Part shown: positions 9,363-17,154 of the stretch, piece by piece
Position numbering within the stretch: the first letter of the stretch is position 1
Layout: each line of letters starts with the position of its first letter
Origin: a virus
Strand: one strand, 5' to 3'
Virus record (IMG/VR): IMGVR_UViG_3300044615_000893
DNA length: 29,767 nucleotides
The notes under the pieces: generated by a model
What the model saw: only the letters and a program-made list of their open reading frames with translations
What the model was told of the DNA's origin: nothing
The model's database searches: none
Program-made: the position numbers and the translations under genes

Positions 9363-10208
9363 ATGGCTCTCTTCAAAGCAGGCAACGCCCTCACCTCTAA
9401 GTTTGTTCAGCCAGGCTCAACCTTTGATACCGACGGCTACGGACTCCTGACCGCAAAGGCCACCTATCTGCTCGACCAGTCGGTAGGGGGAACAGCCATC
9501 ATCGGCGGTCAAGTTCATCCGCAATACTCCGACCTGTTCGTGCATAAGTTCACGCTTACGCGAAACAGTCTCGAGGTAGACCGAGTGACGGCTGATTATG
9601 TCGGCATCGCCACCGCCGTCGGCACCACCACGCGTCCCAACGTGACGGCCTCGCACGGCCTGACGTCAGATCACATCACGACGCACCCTAACTTCTTCGG
9701 ACCTGCCACCGGCTTCACGACAGCCATCGCCGGCAATGGGACGACCTTTACTACGTCCACCATCGACCCTCAGTATAAGGTCGGCGGCGTGTTCGGCGCT
9801 CACTTCAAAGGCACGACCACTAATGCGGGCGGCTTCGTTGGGTTCCTTGATTCTGGGACGGCAGAAAAGCAGTACTACTACGGAAAGAATCAGTATCTCG
9901 CCCCGACCACCTCATTCTCTGGTTGCATCTATACGAAAGACACCGCCGTCGTGACGGCCATGCGTAACGCTGTCGGCAAGACCAGCGCGACGAACGCCTT
10001 CTCAGGCACAAAGCTGCTCCCCGACCATCTTGGCACGACTTGGAACGCGACCGTCAAGGGGGCGGTGCGTCCTACTTTGATGCTGTCCCAAGTGTCCTTT
10101 GAGGACTACTGCATCCAAGCATCAGGCACGCCTCTCATTTTCAAGATTAACTACGAGCTGCGCTTCAACCGCGAAGGCTACCCGGGCGAAGTCTATCAGG
10201 CCGTATGA
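9363..10208 (+). CDS. Tail tip / distal tail protein candidate
   Basis: 281-aa Thr/Gly-rich beta-type ORF directly after the tape-measure candidate. Assignment by position only. Confidence 0.35.
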   Translation: MALFKAGNALTSKFVQPGSTFDTDGYGLLTAKATYLLDQSVGGTAIIGGQVHPQYSDLFVHKFTLTRNSLEVDRVTADYVGIATAVGTTTRPNVTASHGLTSDHITTHPNFFGPATGFTTAIAGNGTTFTTSTIDPQYKVGGVFGAHFKGTTTNAGGFVGFLDSGTAEKQYYYGKNQYLAPTTSFSGCIYTKDTAVVTAMRNAVGKTSATNAFSGTKLLPDHLGTTWNATVKGAVRPTLMLSQVSFEDYCIQASGTPLIFKINYELRFNREGYPGEVYQAV

Positions 10209-10690
10209 GCAAGATTCAACCAGGAGGCGGGTATGGCTTCACTTCTGGGGGCTATGGTTTCAGCATGAACATGAACCAGCCCTTCGATCTTACTCCTTCA
10301 TCTGACGGCCCGCTGGTCCCGCATCTTAACGACAACAAGGTAACCATCACCCCTGGCACAGTTAATCGTTACATCCCACAGATTTCCTCGGTATACATCG
10401 ACGCGACAACCCCTCCACAGATCACGGTCACAGGGGAAGGCTACATCTTGGTCGGCGTGACTTACGAGGTGAACAAGTTCTTCCCGCGGACCGCAGAGAT
10501 TGCTTTCGTATCCGGGGCGACCGTGCCCGCCGATACCAACACGACCGGCTACTATCCCCTAGCCAAGATTAACTCACCGGGCGGCGGTGTTTTCAGCATG
10601 GTGCGTCTTAGCTCGATGGGCAACCTGATCGTCAACAGGCTGAAGGCCGGAGCCAGCACCGCGACTTGGTACTGGGATATTATCAATTAA
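10205..10690 (+). CDS. Hypothetical tail/baseplate protein
   Basis: 161-aa ORF with an ATGA overlap to the previous gene. Gly-rich N-terminus (GGGYGFTSGGYGF). Confidence 0.4.
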   Translation: MSKIQPGGGYGFTSGGYGFSMNMNQPFDLTPSSDGPLVPHLNDNKVTITPGTVNRYIPQISSVYIDATTPPQITVTGEGYILVGVTYEVNKFFPRTAEIAFVSGATVPADTNTTGYYPLAKINSPGGGVFSMVRLSSMGNLIVNRLKAGASTATWYWDIIN

Positions 10691-11479
10691 ATGGCAGACC
10701 CTTGGAACTCTGGAGTGTCCTACTCGCCAGGAGCATTGGTCTCCTATAATGGGTATGTTTACATCAGGAGCAGTTTCCCGCCCAGCGCCACATCAGGCAC
10801 CCCTCCGAATGAGGAAATGAGCACCGATGGAAGGAGCGTAGCCATCAGGACTTGGACGCTTTGGTCTGAAGTCCCATCGAGCGGTTCTGCCAGTTATCTG
10901 ACTTCGTATTTCAGGCTTATCGGACCCCCTTACAATTCGACCGACCCGACGCCTGAATATAATTTCTCTGGCGCGCAATTCGAAGAGTCAACGGCTTACG
11001 GCACATCAGAAGGAGGTACGGTCGAATACGATCAGTTTAAGTCTAACCCTTCTCCGACTCCGGATTCTCCGGTATGTCCTGCGGAACTTTGTGGCGTGGC
11101 TTTGCAACAGACTGGAGTCGGTAGCGTTATTTGTGATGCTATTGCTTTTGGTGATTCTGTTAATCCCAAGAAGTATAACATTTTCATCACGTTCAATCAC
11201 CCGCTTTATTTCAGACGAACCATTACGGTGCTCACGCGCATCCTGGTAACCGTAACAGTAGACAGCCCCCCCTCTGTGACTGTAACTTACGACAATACGT
11301 ATACGGCCATAGTTCCTACTGATACCAATTTCTGTACGGTTCCGATTGCTAGCTCTTACTATGTTCCAGCCAACGCGGCTTTTAGTATAATCGTGCCGAA
11401 TGATGTCTACGGTTCAGGGACAAGCACTACTTACAATTTCGGAGGTACGACCGTTTCTGAGGTAACTCCTAACGACTGA
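10691..11479 (+). CDS. Receptor-binding / tail spike candidate with an N-terminal CBM5/12-like carbohydrate-binding motif
   Basis: N-terminus DPWNSGVSYSPGALVSYNGYVYIR fits the W-x4-Y-x2-G-x2-V-x-Y-N-G-x2-Y pattern of CBM5/12 modules. The gene is visibly AT-richer than its neighbours. Confidence 0.45.
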   Translation: MADPWNSGVSYSPGALVSYNGYVYIRSSFPPSATSGTPPNEEMSTDGRSVAIRTWTLWSEVPSSGSASYLTSYFRLIGPPYNSTDPTPEYNFSGAQFEESTAYGTSEGGTVEYDQFKSNPSPTPDSPVCPAELCGVALQQTGVGSVICDAIAFGDSVNPKKYNIFITFNHPLYFRRTITVLTRILVTVTVDSPPSVTVTYDNTYTAIVPTDTNFCTVPIASSYYVPANAAFSIIVPNDVYGSGTSTTYNFGGTTVSEVTPND

Positions 11480-11514
11480 CCCCCCCCTTCCAATCGGGGC
11501 AAGGTTAAGACCCG

Positions 11515-11835
11515 ATGAGCTGCACTAATCAAGTAACCGTCTCGCAGGGTAACACCTTCGCCTGCACCTTTACCTGGACGCCCGGGGCGACTGGTCCGGC
11601 CAACCTCCTGACGACGACCATCAGCTCGTCCCTCGAAGACCGCCAAGGCAACGTCTACGCGATGACGGTGACCAAGGCCGGAGACGGCCTATCCTTCACG
11701 GTGACCTACCCGGGCTCGACCGCTGACTGGGCGATCGGCCTCGGCAAGTGGGACATCAAGTTCGTCTTCCCGGGCTCGACCATCTCGCGCACCGAACTAT
11801 TCCGCGTCAACGTCATCGACTCCGTCACCGTCTAA
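11515..11835 (+). CDS. Small beta-sandwich (Ig-like) tail accessory protein candidate
   Basis: 106-aa all-beta-looking ORF (VTVSQGNTFACTFTWTP...WDIKFVFPGSTISRTELFRVNV). An aaggt SD-like element lies 9 nt upstream. Confidence 0.4.
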   Translation: MSCTNQVTVSQGNTFACTFTWTPGATGPANLLTTTISSSLEDRQGNVYAMTVTKAGDGLSFTVTYPGSTADWAIGLGKWDIKFVFPGSTISRTELFRVNVIDSVTV

Positions 11836-11838
11836 GCC

Positions 11839-14553
11839 ATGCCCGACGCGACGATCACCTCGACGGCTTCGACCTTCGGGACCATCTCCGGCACGTTCGC
11901 GGCAGACCAGTCCACCATCTCGGGAACCATCTCGGGCATCGTCCCTGGCACCCTGACGGGTTCGGTCGGCGTCCCCGGCCCTGCTGGCCCTGGCGTTCCT
12001 GCTGGCGGCACCTCTGGCCAGTTCCTCCAGAAGACCTCGGGCGTCGATTACGCGACCGATTGGGTGACGGTCAACCTGACGGGCTTGGCGACCGAGTCTT
12101 GGGTGACCGCTGGCTTCTATCCCCTGACAGGCAACCCCTCCGCGTTCCTCACGGCTTCGGCGCTGACGCCCTACCTGACCTCCGCCACGGCGGCCTCGAC
12201 CTACCAGACTCTGGCGGGGATGTCCTCCTACCTGACGACCTCCACCGCCGCGTCTACTTACCAGACCCTCTCGGGAATGTCGGACTATCTGGCCAAGGCC
12301 GGGAATCTGGCAGGGCTGGCCAACACCGGCACGGCTCGGACCAACCTCGGCCTCGGTTCCCTGGCTGTCGTCAACGACGCCCCTTCGGACGGCTCGCAGT
12401 ACGCCCGCAAGAACGGCGCCTGGGATGTGGTAACGACCACCCCCGACTACATCACCAGCGTCTCTTCGCCCCTGTCGGTCACTTCGGGGAACCTGACGAT
12501 TGACCTGTCGGCCTACGCCCCGCTCGCCTCCCCCGCCTTCACGGGCAACCCGACCGCCCCAACGGCGACCTTCGGCGACAACGATACCTCCCTCGCGACG
12601 ACCGCCTTCGTGCAGTCCGCCCTCGCTGGTGGCACGGCGGTCGCCCGCGACCTAGAGGTCGAAGTCCGCAACCAGTCCGGCTCGACAATCGCGGCTGGCT
12701 CCATCGTCTACATCTCCGGCGCCACGGGCAACAAGCCCCTGATCACGCTGGCCCAGGCTAACAACGACGCGAACTCCGCCCAAACCATCGGCTTCGTCAA
12801 GACGGCCATCGCCAACAACGGCACGGGCTACGTCATCGTCCGAGGCGAACTCGAGAACATCGACACTTCGGCGCTGACCGAAGGCGTGCAGTTGTATCTC
12901 TCCCCGACCACGGCCGGCACTTGGACGACGACCAAGCCGTCCGCCCCCCAGCACCTCGTCTACGTCGGCATCGTTATCCGTTCGCACCCGACCCTTGGGA
13001 CTATTCTCGTGGCTGTCCAGAACGGCTACGAGCTCGACGAGCTGCACGACGTCGCGATCGGCACGCTGGCCAACAACAACCTTCTGGCTTACGAGTCCTC
13101 GACCGACCTCTGGAAGAACAAGACATACTCGGCCCTCGGCCTGCTGACCTCGGCTGACGCGGCGAGCACCTACGCGGCCAAGACTGGCGCAACCTTCACG
13201 GGTGACGTGCTGGTATCGGCCTCCCCTGACGTTTCGACGCTAAGCGCTGGTCTCCTTGCCTTGGTCGGCAGCGGATCCACCAACGGGATGACCCTTTCGA
13301 CCGTCGCTGGTTATCCCCAGATTTACTTTAACGGCCCGGGTGGCACGAGCACGCAGACCGTTGCCTACCCCGGCCCTTCTGGCTTCCTGCTCAAGGCCGA
13401 CAACCTAAGCGGCCTCGCGAACACCGGCACGGCTCGGACGAACCTCGGCCTCGGCACGATGGCGACCGCCACGGCTGCCGACTACTCGACGACCACGGTT
13501 GCGAACGGCCTGTATTACCCGCTGTCGTCCAACCCTGCCGGATACCTTACGACGGCCCCTGTAACCTCCGTCGCTGGCCGGACTGGTGCTGTGACCCTTG
13601 CGGTCGCTGACGTCTCTGGGGCGGCTCCCTTGGCCAGCCCGACCTTCACCGGCACTCCTTCCCTGCCGACTGGGACGATTGGCGTCACGCAGACCGCTGG
13701 CAACAACACCACGGCGCTGGCGACTACGGCTTTCGTGCAGCAGGAAGTCCCTGCCGCCTCGACGACCGCCGCTGGTAAGGTCGAACTCGCCACCGTCGAC
13801 GAAGCCCTGCGTCCCTCGAGCTCGACGCTCGGCATGACGCCCGACACGACCCGCGAGATGCTGATGTATCCTGGCTACATCAATCTCTTCGGTGGTGGGA
13901 ATGTCGCTACGAGCGGTACCGGTGCGTATTCTACGTTCACTTTTGCAACCCAGCGCTGGCACGCAATGCGTAGCCCTAATGCTACAGTGGCTGGATATGG
14001 GATGTATATTTTTGACTACTCATTCAGCGGCATCGGCATGGCTGCCATGACACGTGGGTCGTCATCTCTTGCTCGCAAATGGAACAACAAGATCTGGCTG
14101 AGTGGTCGAACCGTGCTCGGTCAGTCTGCCGAAACAACCAGCGGCCTAAACGGTGACGCAAACTGCACTGCTCGCGTCATGCTTGGCGGTCGCGCCTCCG
14201 CAGGCACAGGTGGGATGCAATCGAGTGACGCTGGCATCGGATGGCGTGTCGCTGGTGGAGGGTCTGTTGCCCTTGTTATGACGGTCAGCACCGGATCTGT
14301 ACTTACGGAAACGACATCCTCATTCACGCCAGTCCTCGGACAGGTCTTTGATTGGAAAATGTATTCCGACGGCACGGGCAACGTCACCCTGTGGGTCAAT
14401 GACTCTCAGGTGGCAACCAGCACCGGAGGGCCTACGACTAGCACCGCAGAAACCACTAACTTCTACTGCGAAGTCGTCGAGCAAACTGCTAGTGCGGCAA
14501 CTCCTCTCGGCATGGGCAACTTCGGCAGCAAAGTCTTCTGGTCTCAAGCCTAA
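11839..14553 (+). CDS. Tail fibre protein (904 aa, modular)
   Basis: Contains a short collagen-like GVPGPAGPGVPAGG and duplicated phage-fibre motifs. These are L(A/S)GLANTGTARTNLGLG x2, APLASP(A/T)FTG.P..PT...(D/N)T(S/A)LATTAFVQ x2 and ASTYQTL(A/S)GMS.YL x2. SVAGRTGAVTL and AAGKVELATVDEA boxes are also present. The C-terminal ~230 aa are AT-richer. Confidence 0.85.
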   Translation: MPDATITSTASTFGTISGTFAADQSTISGTISGIVPGTLTGSVGVPGPAGPGVPAGGTSGQFLQKTSGVDYATDWVTVNLTGLATESWVTAGFYPLTGNPSAFLTASALTPYLTSATAASTYQTLAGMSSYLTTSTAASTYQTLSGMSDYLAKAGNLAGLANTGTARTNLGLGSLAVVNDAPSDGSQYARKNGAWDVVTTTPDYITSVSSPLSVTSGNLTIDLSAYAPLASPAFTGNPTAPTATFGDNDTSLATTAFVQSALAGGTAVARDLEVEVRNQSGSTIAAGSIVYISGATGNKPLITLAQANNDANSAQTIGFVKTAIANNGTGYVIVRGELENIDTSALTEGVQLYLSPTTAGTWTTTKPSAPQHLVYVGIVIRSHPTLGTILVAVQNGYELDELHDVAIGTLANNNLLAYESSTDLWKNKTYSALGLLTSADAASTYAAKTGATFTGDVLVSASPDVSTLSAGLLALVGSGSTNGMTLSTVAGYPQIYFNGPGGTSTQTVAYPGPSGFLLKADNLSGLANTGTARTNLGLGTMATATAADYSTTTVANGLYYPLSSNPAGYLTTAPVTSVAGRTGAVTLAVADVSGAAPLASPTFTGTPSLPTGTIGVTQTAGNNTTALATTAFVQQEVPAASTTAAGKVELATVDEALRPSSSTLGMTPDTTREMLMYPGYINLFGGGNVATSGTGAYSTFTFATQRWHAMRSPNATVAGYGMYIFDYSFSGIGMAAMTRGSSSLARKWNNKIWLSGRTVLGQSAETTSGLNGDANCTARVMLGGRASAGTGGMQSSDAGIGWRVAGGGSVALVMTVSTGSVLTETTSSFTPVLGQVFDWKMYSDGTGNVTLWVNDSQVATSTGGPTTSTAETTNFYCEVVEQTASAATPLGMGNFGSKVFWSQA
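12322..12356 (+). repeat. Intragenic direct repeat, copy 1 (tail fibre)
   Basis: aacaccggcacggctcggacCaacctcggcctcgg matches 13420..13454 with 1 mismatch, in frame, 1098 nt apart. Confidence 0.9.
13420..13454 (+). repeat. Intragenic direct repeat, copy 2 (tail fibre)
   Basis: aacaccggcacggctcggacGaacctcggcctcgg; see 12322..12356. Confidence 0.9.
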
Positions 14554-14747
14554 TGAACTACACCTACCTAATCTCAACTCTCGTAACCGTCGTGGATTTC
14601 CACGCCATGGTTCAGGCCGTCTTCCCCGCTTTCAACGGAGAGCCTGTGATGTTCGACGGTTACAGCAAAATCCGCGTAACCTTCGACACCCCGCAGACCC
14701 CCGCCGACCTCGGCCCTCTCGTCAAAGTCGAACTCCTTTCCGAATAA
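14553..14747 (+). CDS. Hypothetical protein (possible fibre accessory)
   Basis: 64-aa ORF with a TAATG overlap to the fibre gene stop. Confidence 0.4.
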   Translation: MNYTYLISTLVTVVDFHAMVQAVFPAFNGEPVMFDGYSKIRVTFDTPQTPADLGPLVKVELLSE

Positions 14748-14751
14748 CACC

Positions 14752-14883
14752 ATGATCACCCACCTCCTCGCCCTCCTCGTCGGCTTCGTCGCCGGTGCCC
14801 TCGTCTTCCGCAAGCACGCCGCCAAAGCCAGTGAGCTCGAGCAGAAGGGCAAGTCCATCCTCGACGCCCTCAAGGGCAAGTAA
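14752..14883 (+). CDS. Small membrane protein (43 aa; N-terminal TMD plus amphipathic helix)
   Basis: Not in the ORF track (under 60 aa). ATG at 14752 (caccATG), TAA at 14881. Translation: MITHLLALLVGFVAGALVFRKHAAKASELEQKGKSILDALKGK. G/C-ending codons predominate. Confidence 0.5.
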   Translation: MITHLLALLVGFVAGALVFRKHAAKASELEQKGKSILDALKGK

Positions 14884-14887
14884 GTCC

Positions 14888-15622
14888 GTGCGCTTGCTCC
14901 TAGTCATCGCCCTCGTGGCCCTGGCTGGGTGCAAGTCTAAGCCCGCCGACGCTCCCCTGCCCGTCCAGCCGCCGGCCCCGACCAAGCCTGACGCCGTCCA
15001 GACCCTAGGCAAAGACCTCGACAAGACGGATCACCGCGTAGGCGCCGCCCTTGTCGCCATCGAGAAGAACGCCGACAAGCCGAAGGTGGTCGTCGCGGAG
15101 TCTCGCCTCGCCCAGTCCTATCTGCCCCCGCCCCCCGAGGCGGACGTGGCCTTCGCCGTTGCCCGGGCTACCAAGGCCGACCCCATCGACTACGCCAAGC
15201 AGATGGAGTTCGGACGCAAACTCGCCACCGCCGTCAACAAGGCGTGGGAGAAACTCGAGGCCGACCAGAAGGAAGCCGCCCGCGTCTCGCAGCTGAAGGA
15301 CGCCCGCATCGTCGAGCTGACGAAGGAAGTCGAGCGCGTGAAGAAGGACGCCTCCGCTCAGACGTGGACGCTCGTCGGCGCCGGTCTCGCCGTCATCGGT
15401 GCCTTGACGACCGCCTTTCTAGGCCCTCGCATCGGTCTGCCCCTGCTCCTCTGCGGAGCCTTCTGCGGATCGGTTCCCTTCATCATCGACTCGCCCTGGT
15501 TTGAGTACGCCGCCGGTGCGACCATCGTCATCTCCTGCGGACTGGGGCTCTGGTGGCTCGCCGACAAGGTGCGCGACTCGGTCAACAAGCCCTCTCCCAC
15601 CGATGTCCCGCCGCAAGAATAA
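14888..15622 (+). CDS. Lipoprotein with periplasmic coiled-coil and C-terminal transmembrane helices (unimolecular-spanin-like topology)
   Basis: Track ORF 14795..15622 trimmed to the GTG at 14888 (same frame). It has a signal peptide plus lipobox (RLLLVIALVALAG|C) and a Pro-rich linker. A charged helical middle follows (KLEADQKEAARVSQLKDARIVELTKEVERVKKD). The C-terminus has hydrophobic helices (WTLVGAGLAVIGALTTAFL, LPLLLCGAFCGSVPFII, AAGATIVISCGLGLWWLA). Confidence 0.55.
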   Translation: MRLLLVIALVALAGCKSKPADAPLPVQPPAPTKPDAVQTLGKDLDKTDHRVGAALVAIEKNADKPKVVVAESRLAQSYLPPPPEADVAFAVARATKADPIDYAKQMEFGRKLATAVNKAWEKLEADQKEAARVSQLKDARIVELTKEVERVKKDASAQTWTLVGAGLAVIGALTTAFLGPRIGLPLLLCGAFCGSVPFIIDSPWFEYAAGATIVISCGLGLWWLADKVRDSVNKPSPTDVPPQE

Positions 15623-15890
15623 GGGAGCGAAGGTCATCTGGCGCAAACTCGGCAAGGAGCGCGCTTGGGGTCAGGCCACGATCGGTGAGAACCTCATCGA
15701 GATAGACCCCCGCCTCGGTGCCAAGCGTCAGCTCGAAGTCCTCTGCCATGAGCAGATTCACCTGACCTTCCCCGAACTCAGTGAGCCCCAAGTTGACCGG
15801 GCAGGCAAAGACCTCGCCGCCCTGCTCTGGGCTCAGGACTACCGCCGCGTCCTCATCTCGCCCAACTCTAAGCCGCCCCGCATCTCGTGA
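15603..15890 (+). CDS. HExxH mini-protein (putative Zn-metallopeptidase-like, 95 aa)
   Basis: Track ORF 15501..15890 trimmed to the ATG at 15603. The motif LIEIDPRLGAKRQLEVLCHEQIHL resembles the strand-helix HExxH core of SprT/ImmA-IrrE-like metallopeptidases. Confidence 0.45.
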   Translation: MSRRKNKGAKVIWRKLGKERAWGQATIGENLIEIDPRLGAKRQLEVLCHEQIHLTFPELSEPQVDRAGKDLAALLWAQDYRRVLISPNSKPPRIS

Positions 15891-16267
15891 GCCCTCCCCC
15901 TCCGCCCATCAGCCCCGAGGACATCCCGAAGGAACTTAAGGACGGCATCGTCGCGTCAGTCCTTGGCGGCCTCGCCATGACGGCCCGCCTCCTGCTCTCG
16001 ACCGAACCTGTGTCCCTGGGCTGGGTCGTGCGCCGTGTCCTCGCCGCCGCGATCACCGCGGCCTTGGTCGGCTACGGCATCCAAGACCACATCCAAAGCC
16101 CGGGCCTGCGGATGGCCGTCGTCGGTGCGGCCGGCTACGCTGCCCCCGAGTGTCTGGACTACCTGATGAAATACATCAAGGCCCGCGGAGAGAAGGAAGT
16201 CGCCGCGGTCGTCGGCAAACCGAAACCCCATGGCAAAGGCAAAGCAGTCACCAAGCGGAAGCGGTAA
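15887..16267 (+). CDS. Holin candidate (three hydrophobic helices, highly basic C-terminus)
   Basis: GTG start with a GTGA overlap. TMD candidates are GIVASVLGGLAMTARLLL, LGWVVRRVLAAAITAALVGYGI and MAVVGAAGYAAPECL. The C-terminal tail is GKPKPHGKGKAVTKRKR. Confidence 0.5.
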   Translation: MSPPPPPISPEDIPKELKDGIVASVLGGLAMTARLLLSTEPVSLGWVVRRVLAAAITAALVGYGIQDHIQSPGLRMAVVGAAGYAAPECLDYLMKYIKARGEKEVAAVVGKPKPHGKGKAVTKRKR

Positions 16268-16553
16268 CCTCCTGCTGGCGGTCACGCTGCTCACCGGCTT
16301 CGCGGGAGTCTCGGCCCTGTCGTCGGCCTACATCGCCGGGTACGTCCTCGACCAACTGCAATCGACCGACGCCCTGGTCATGATCGTGACGGACGCGGGC
16401 CTGAAGTCCGACTCGGCCGACCTTGAGCGCAACATGAGCACGGCGACCCTAGCCCTGAAGTCCGTCCGCGACCTTGGCTGGGCCTTGGCCGTGGGGTGCC
16501 TAGGGGTAGGGGTGGCGGTCTTCTTACGCTCCCGCCGTCAAAACGTCTCCTAG
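16230..16553 (+). CDS. Membrane protein with two TMDs (lysis accessory candidate)
   Basis: Start context ccccATGGCA. N-terminal TMD LLLAVTLLTGFAGVSALSSAYIAGYV and C-terminal TMD LGWALAVGCLGVGVAVFL. It overlaps the holin candidate by 38 nt in another frame. Confidence 0.45.
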   Translation: MAKAKQSPSGSGNLLLAVTLLTGFAGVSALSSAYIAGYVLDQLQSTDALVMIVTDAGLKSDSADLERNMSTATLALKSVRDLGWALAVGCLGVGVAVFLRSRRQNVS

Positions 16554-16743
16554 GGCAAGCCAGAGGGGTCTATTGCCCCTTGACGGAGGCGACCCTAGGG
16601 GCAAACTGAACTCAGTCGGGTAGGGGTACGCTCGTTCATGGCGGGCCTCGATGACCCGAGGGACACGAATTGCCCTGACCCCTTGAGTGGGGTCACAGGG
16701 TATTTGCGGAAAGGTGCTTGACGAATGTGGAACAGTCGGGCAA
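16553..16743. promoter_or_regulatory. Cluster of GGGCAA/TTGCCC hexamers in the late-to-early intergenic gap (candidate operator sites)
   Basis: GGGCAA at 16553, 16599 (within GGGGCAA 16598-16604) and 16738. TTGCCC at 16573 and 16670. TTGCCCCT (16573-80) and AGGGGCAA (16597-604) form an 8-bp inverted repeat. Confidence 0.35.
16673..16705 (+). terminator. Candidate terminator closing the structural/lysis transcription unit
   Basis: ccctgacccc-ttgagt-ggggtc(ac)aggg forms a 10-bp GC-rich stem with a 2-nt bulge, followed by tattt. Confidence 0.4.
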
Positions 16744-16750
16744 GGTGCTT
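16711..16750 (+). promoter_or_regulatory. Candidate promoter region with a 9-nt direct repeat
   Basis: AAGGTGCTT at 16711-16719 and 16742-16750 (31-nt spacing). TTGACG at 16718-16723. No convincing -10 element by E. coli rules. Confidence 0.2.
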
Positions 16751-16767
16751 TCCGTTCCACCAAACCC

Positions 16768-16869
16768 ATGAACCTAATCAAACTCCTCCTCATCGCCGCG
16801 CTGATCGCCACGGTCATCGTCTTCTTCGCCGAAGGCCCCGACCTCCTCACCATCATCGACCAGCACTAA
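16768..16869 (+). CDS. Small hydrophobic peptide (33 aa), uncertain
   Basis: Track ORF 16687..16869 trimmed to the ATG at 16768 (acccATG). Translation: MNLIKLLLIAALIATVIVFFAEGPDLLTIIDQH, with a single TMD. Confidence 0.35.
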   Translation: MNLIKLLLIAALIATVIVFFAEGPDLLTIIDQH

Positions 16870-16887
16870 GACTTTCCCACCCACACC

Positions 16888-17154
16888 ATGCCCAACGCCA
16901 ACCACCCCTACACCGAGACGCTGACCTTCGCCGGTCGCGTCATCCCCCTCAAGCGCCCGATGGCCGAATACGCCGCCCGTCGCCTACAGGCCATTCTCCC
17001 GCAGATCGCCGCGCTCAACGCCGCCGGCAAGTCTCAGGCCGATGCCGCCGCCGCCCTGGACACGACCGTCTGCACCCTCCGTCAGTGGCTCGACATCACC
17101 GGGACGCAGTGGGTCAACCTCAACCGCCGCGGCCCGTACCGCCGCCAGAAGTAA
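16888..17154 (+). CDS. HTH DNA-binding protein
   Basis: 88 aa. The helix-turn-helix-like segment is GKSQADAAAALDTTVCTLRQWL. TAATG overlap with the methyltransferase start. Confidence 0.5.
   Translation: MPNANHPYTETLTFAGRVIPLKRPMAEYAARRLQAILPQIAALNAAGKSQADAAAALDTTVCTLRQWLDITGTQWVNLNRRGPYRRQK

Noticed and set aside
11748-12503. 251-aa + strand ORF overlapping the start of the tail fibre gene in another frame. Similar same-strand alternates occur at 3669..4070, 14348..14755 and 17042..17455.
   Set aside because: The translations are Arg/His/Pro/Gly/Ser-rich nonsense with no structure-like segments. The overlapped frames carry clear fibre, protease and MTase motifs.
11839-14553. A diversity-generating retroelement targeting the fibre tip. 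CRISPR arrays, toxin-antitoxin pairs and retrons were also considered.
   Set aside because: There is no reverse-transcriptase-like ORF, no template/variable repeat pair beyond the in-frame fibre duplication, and no spacer-repeat array anywhere in the window.
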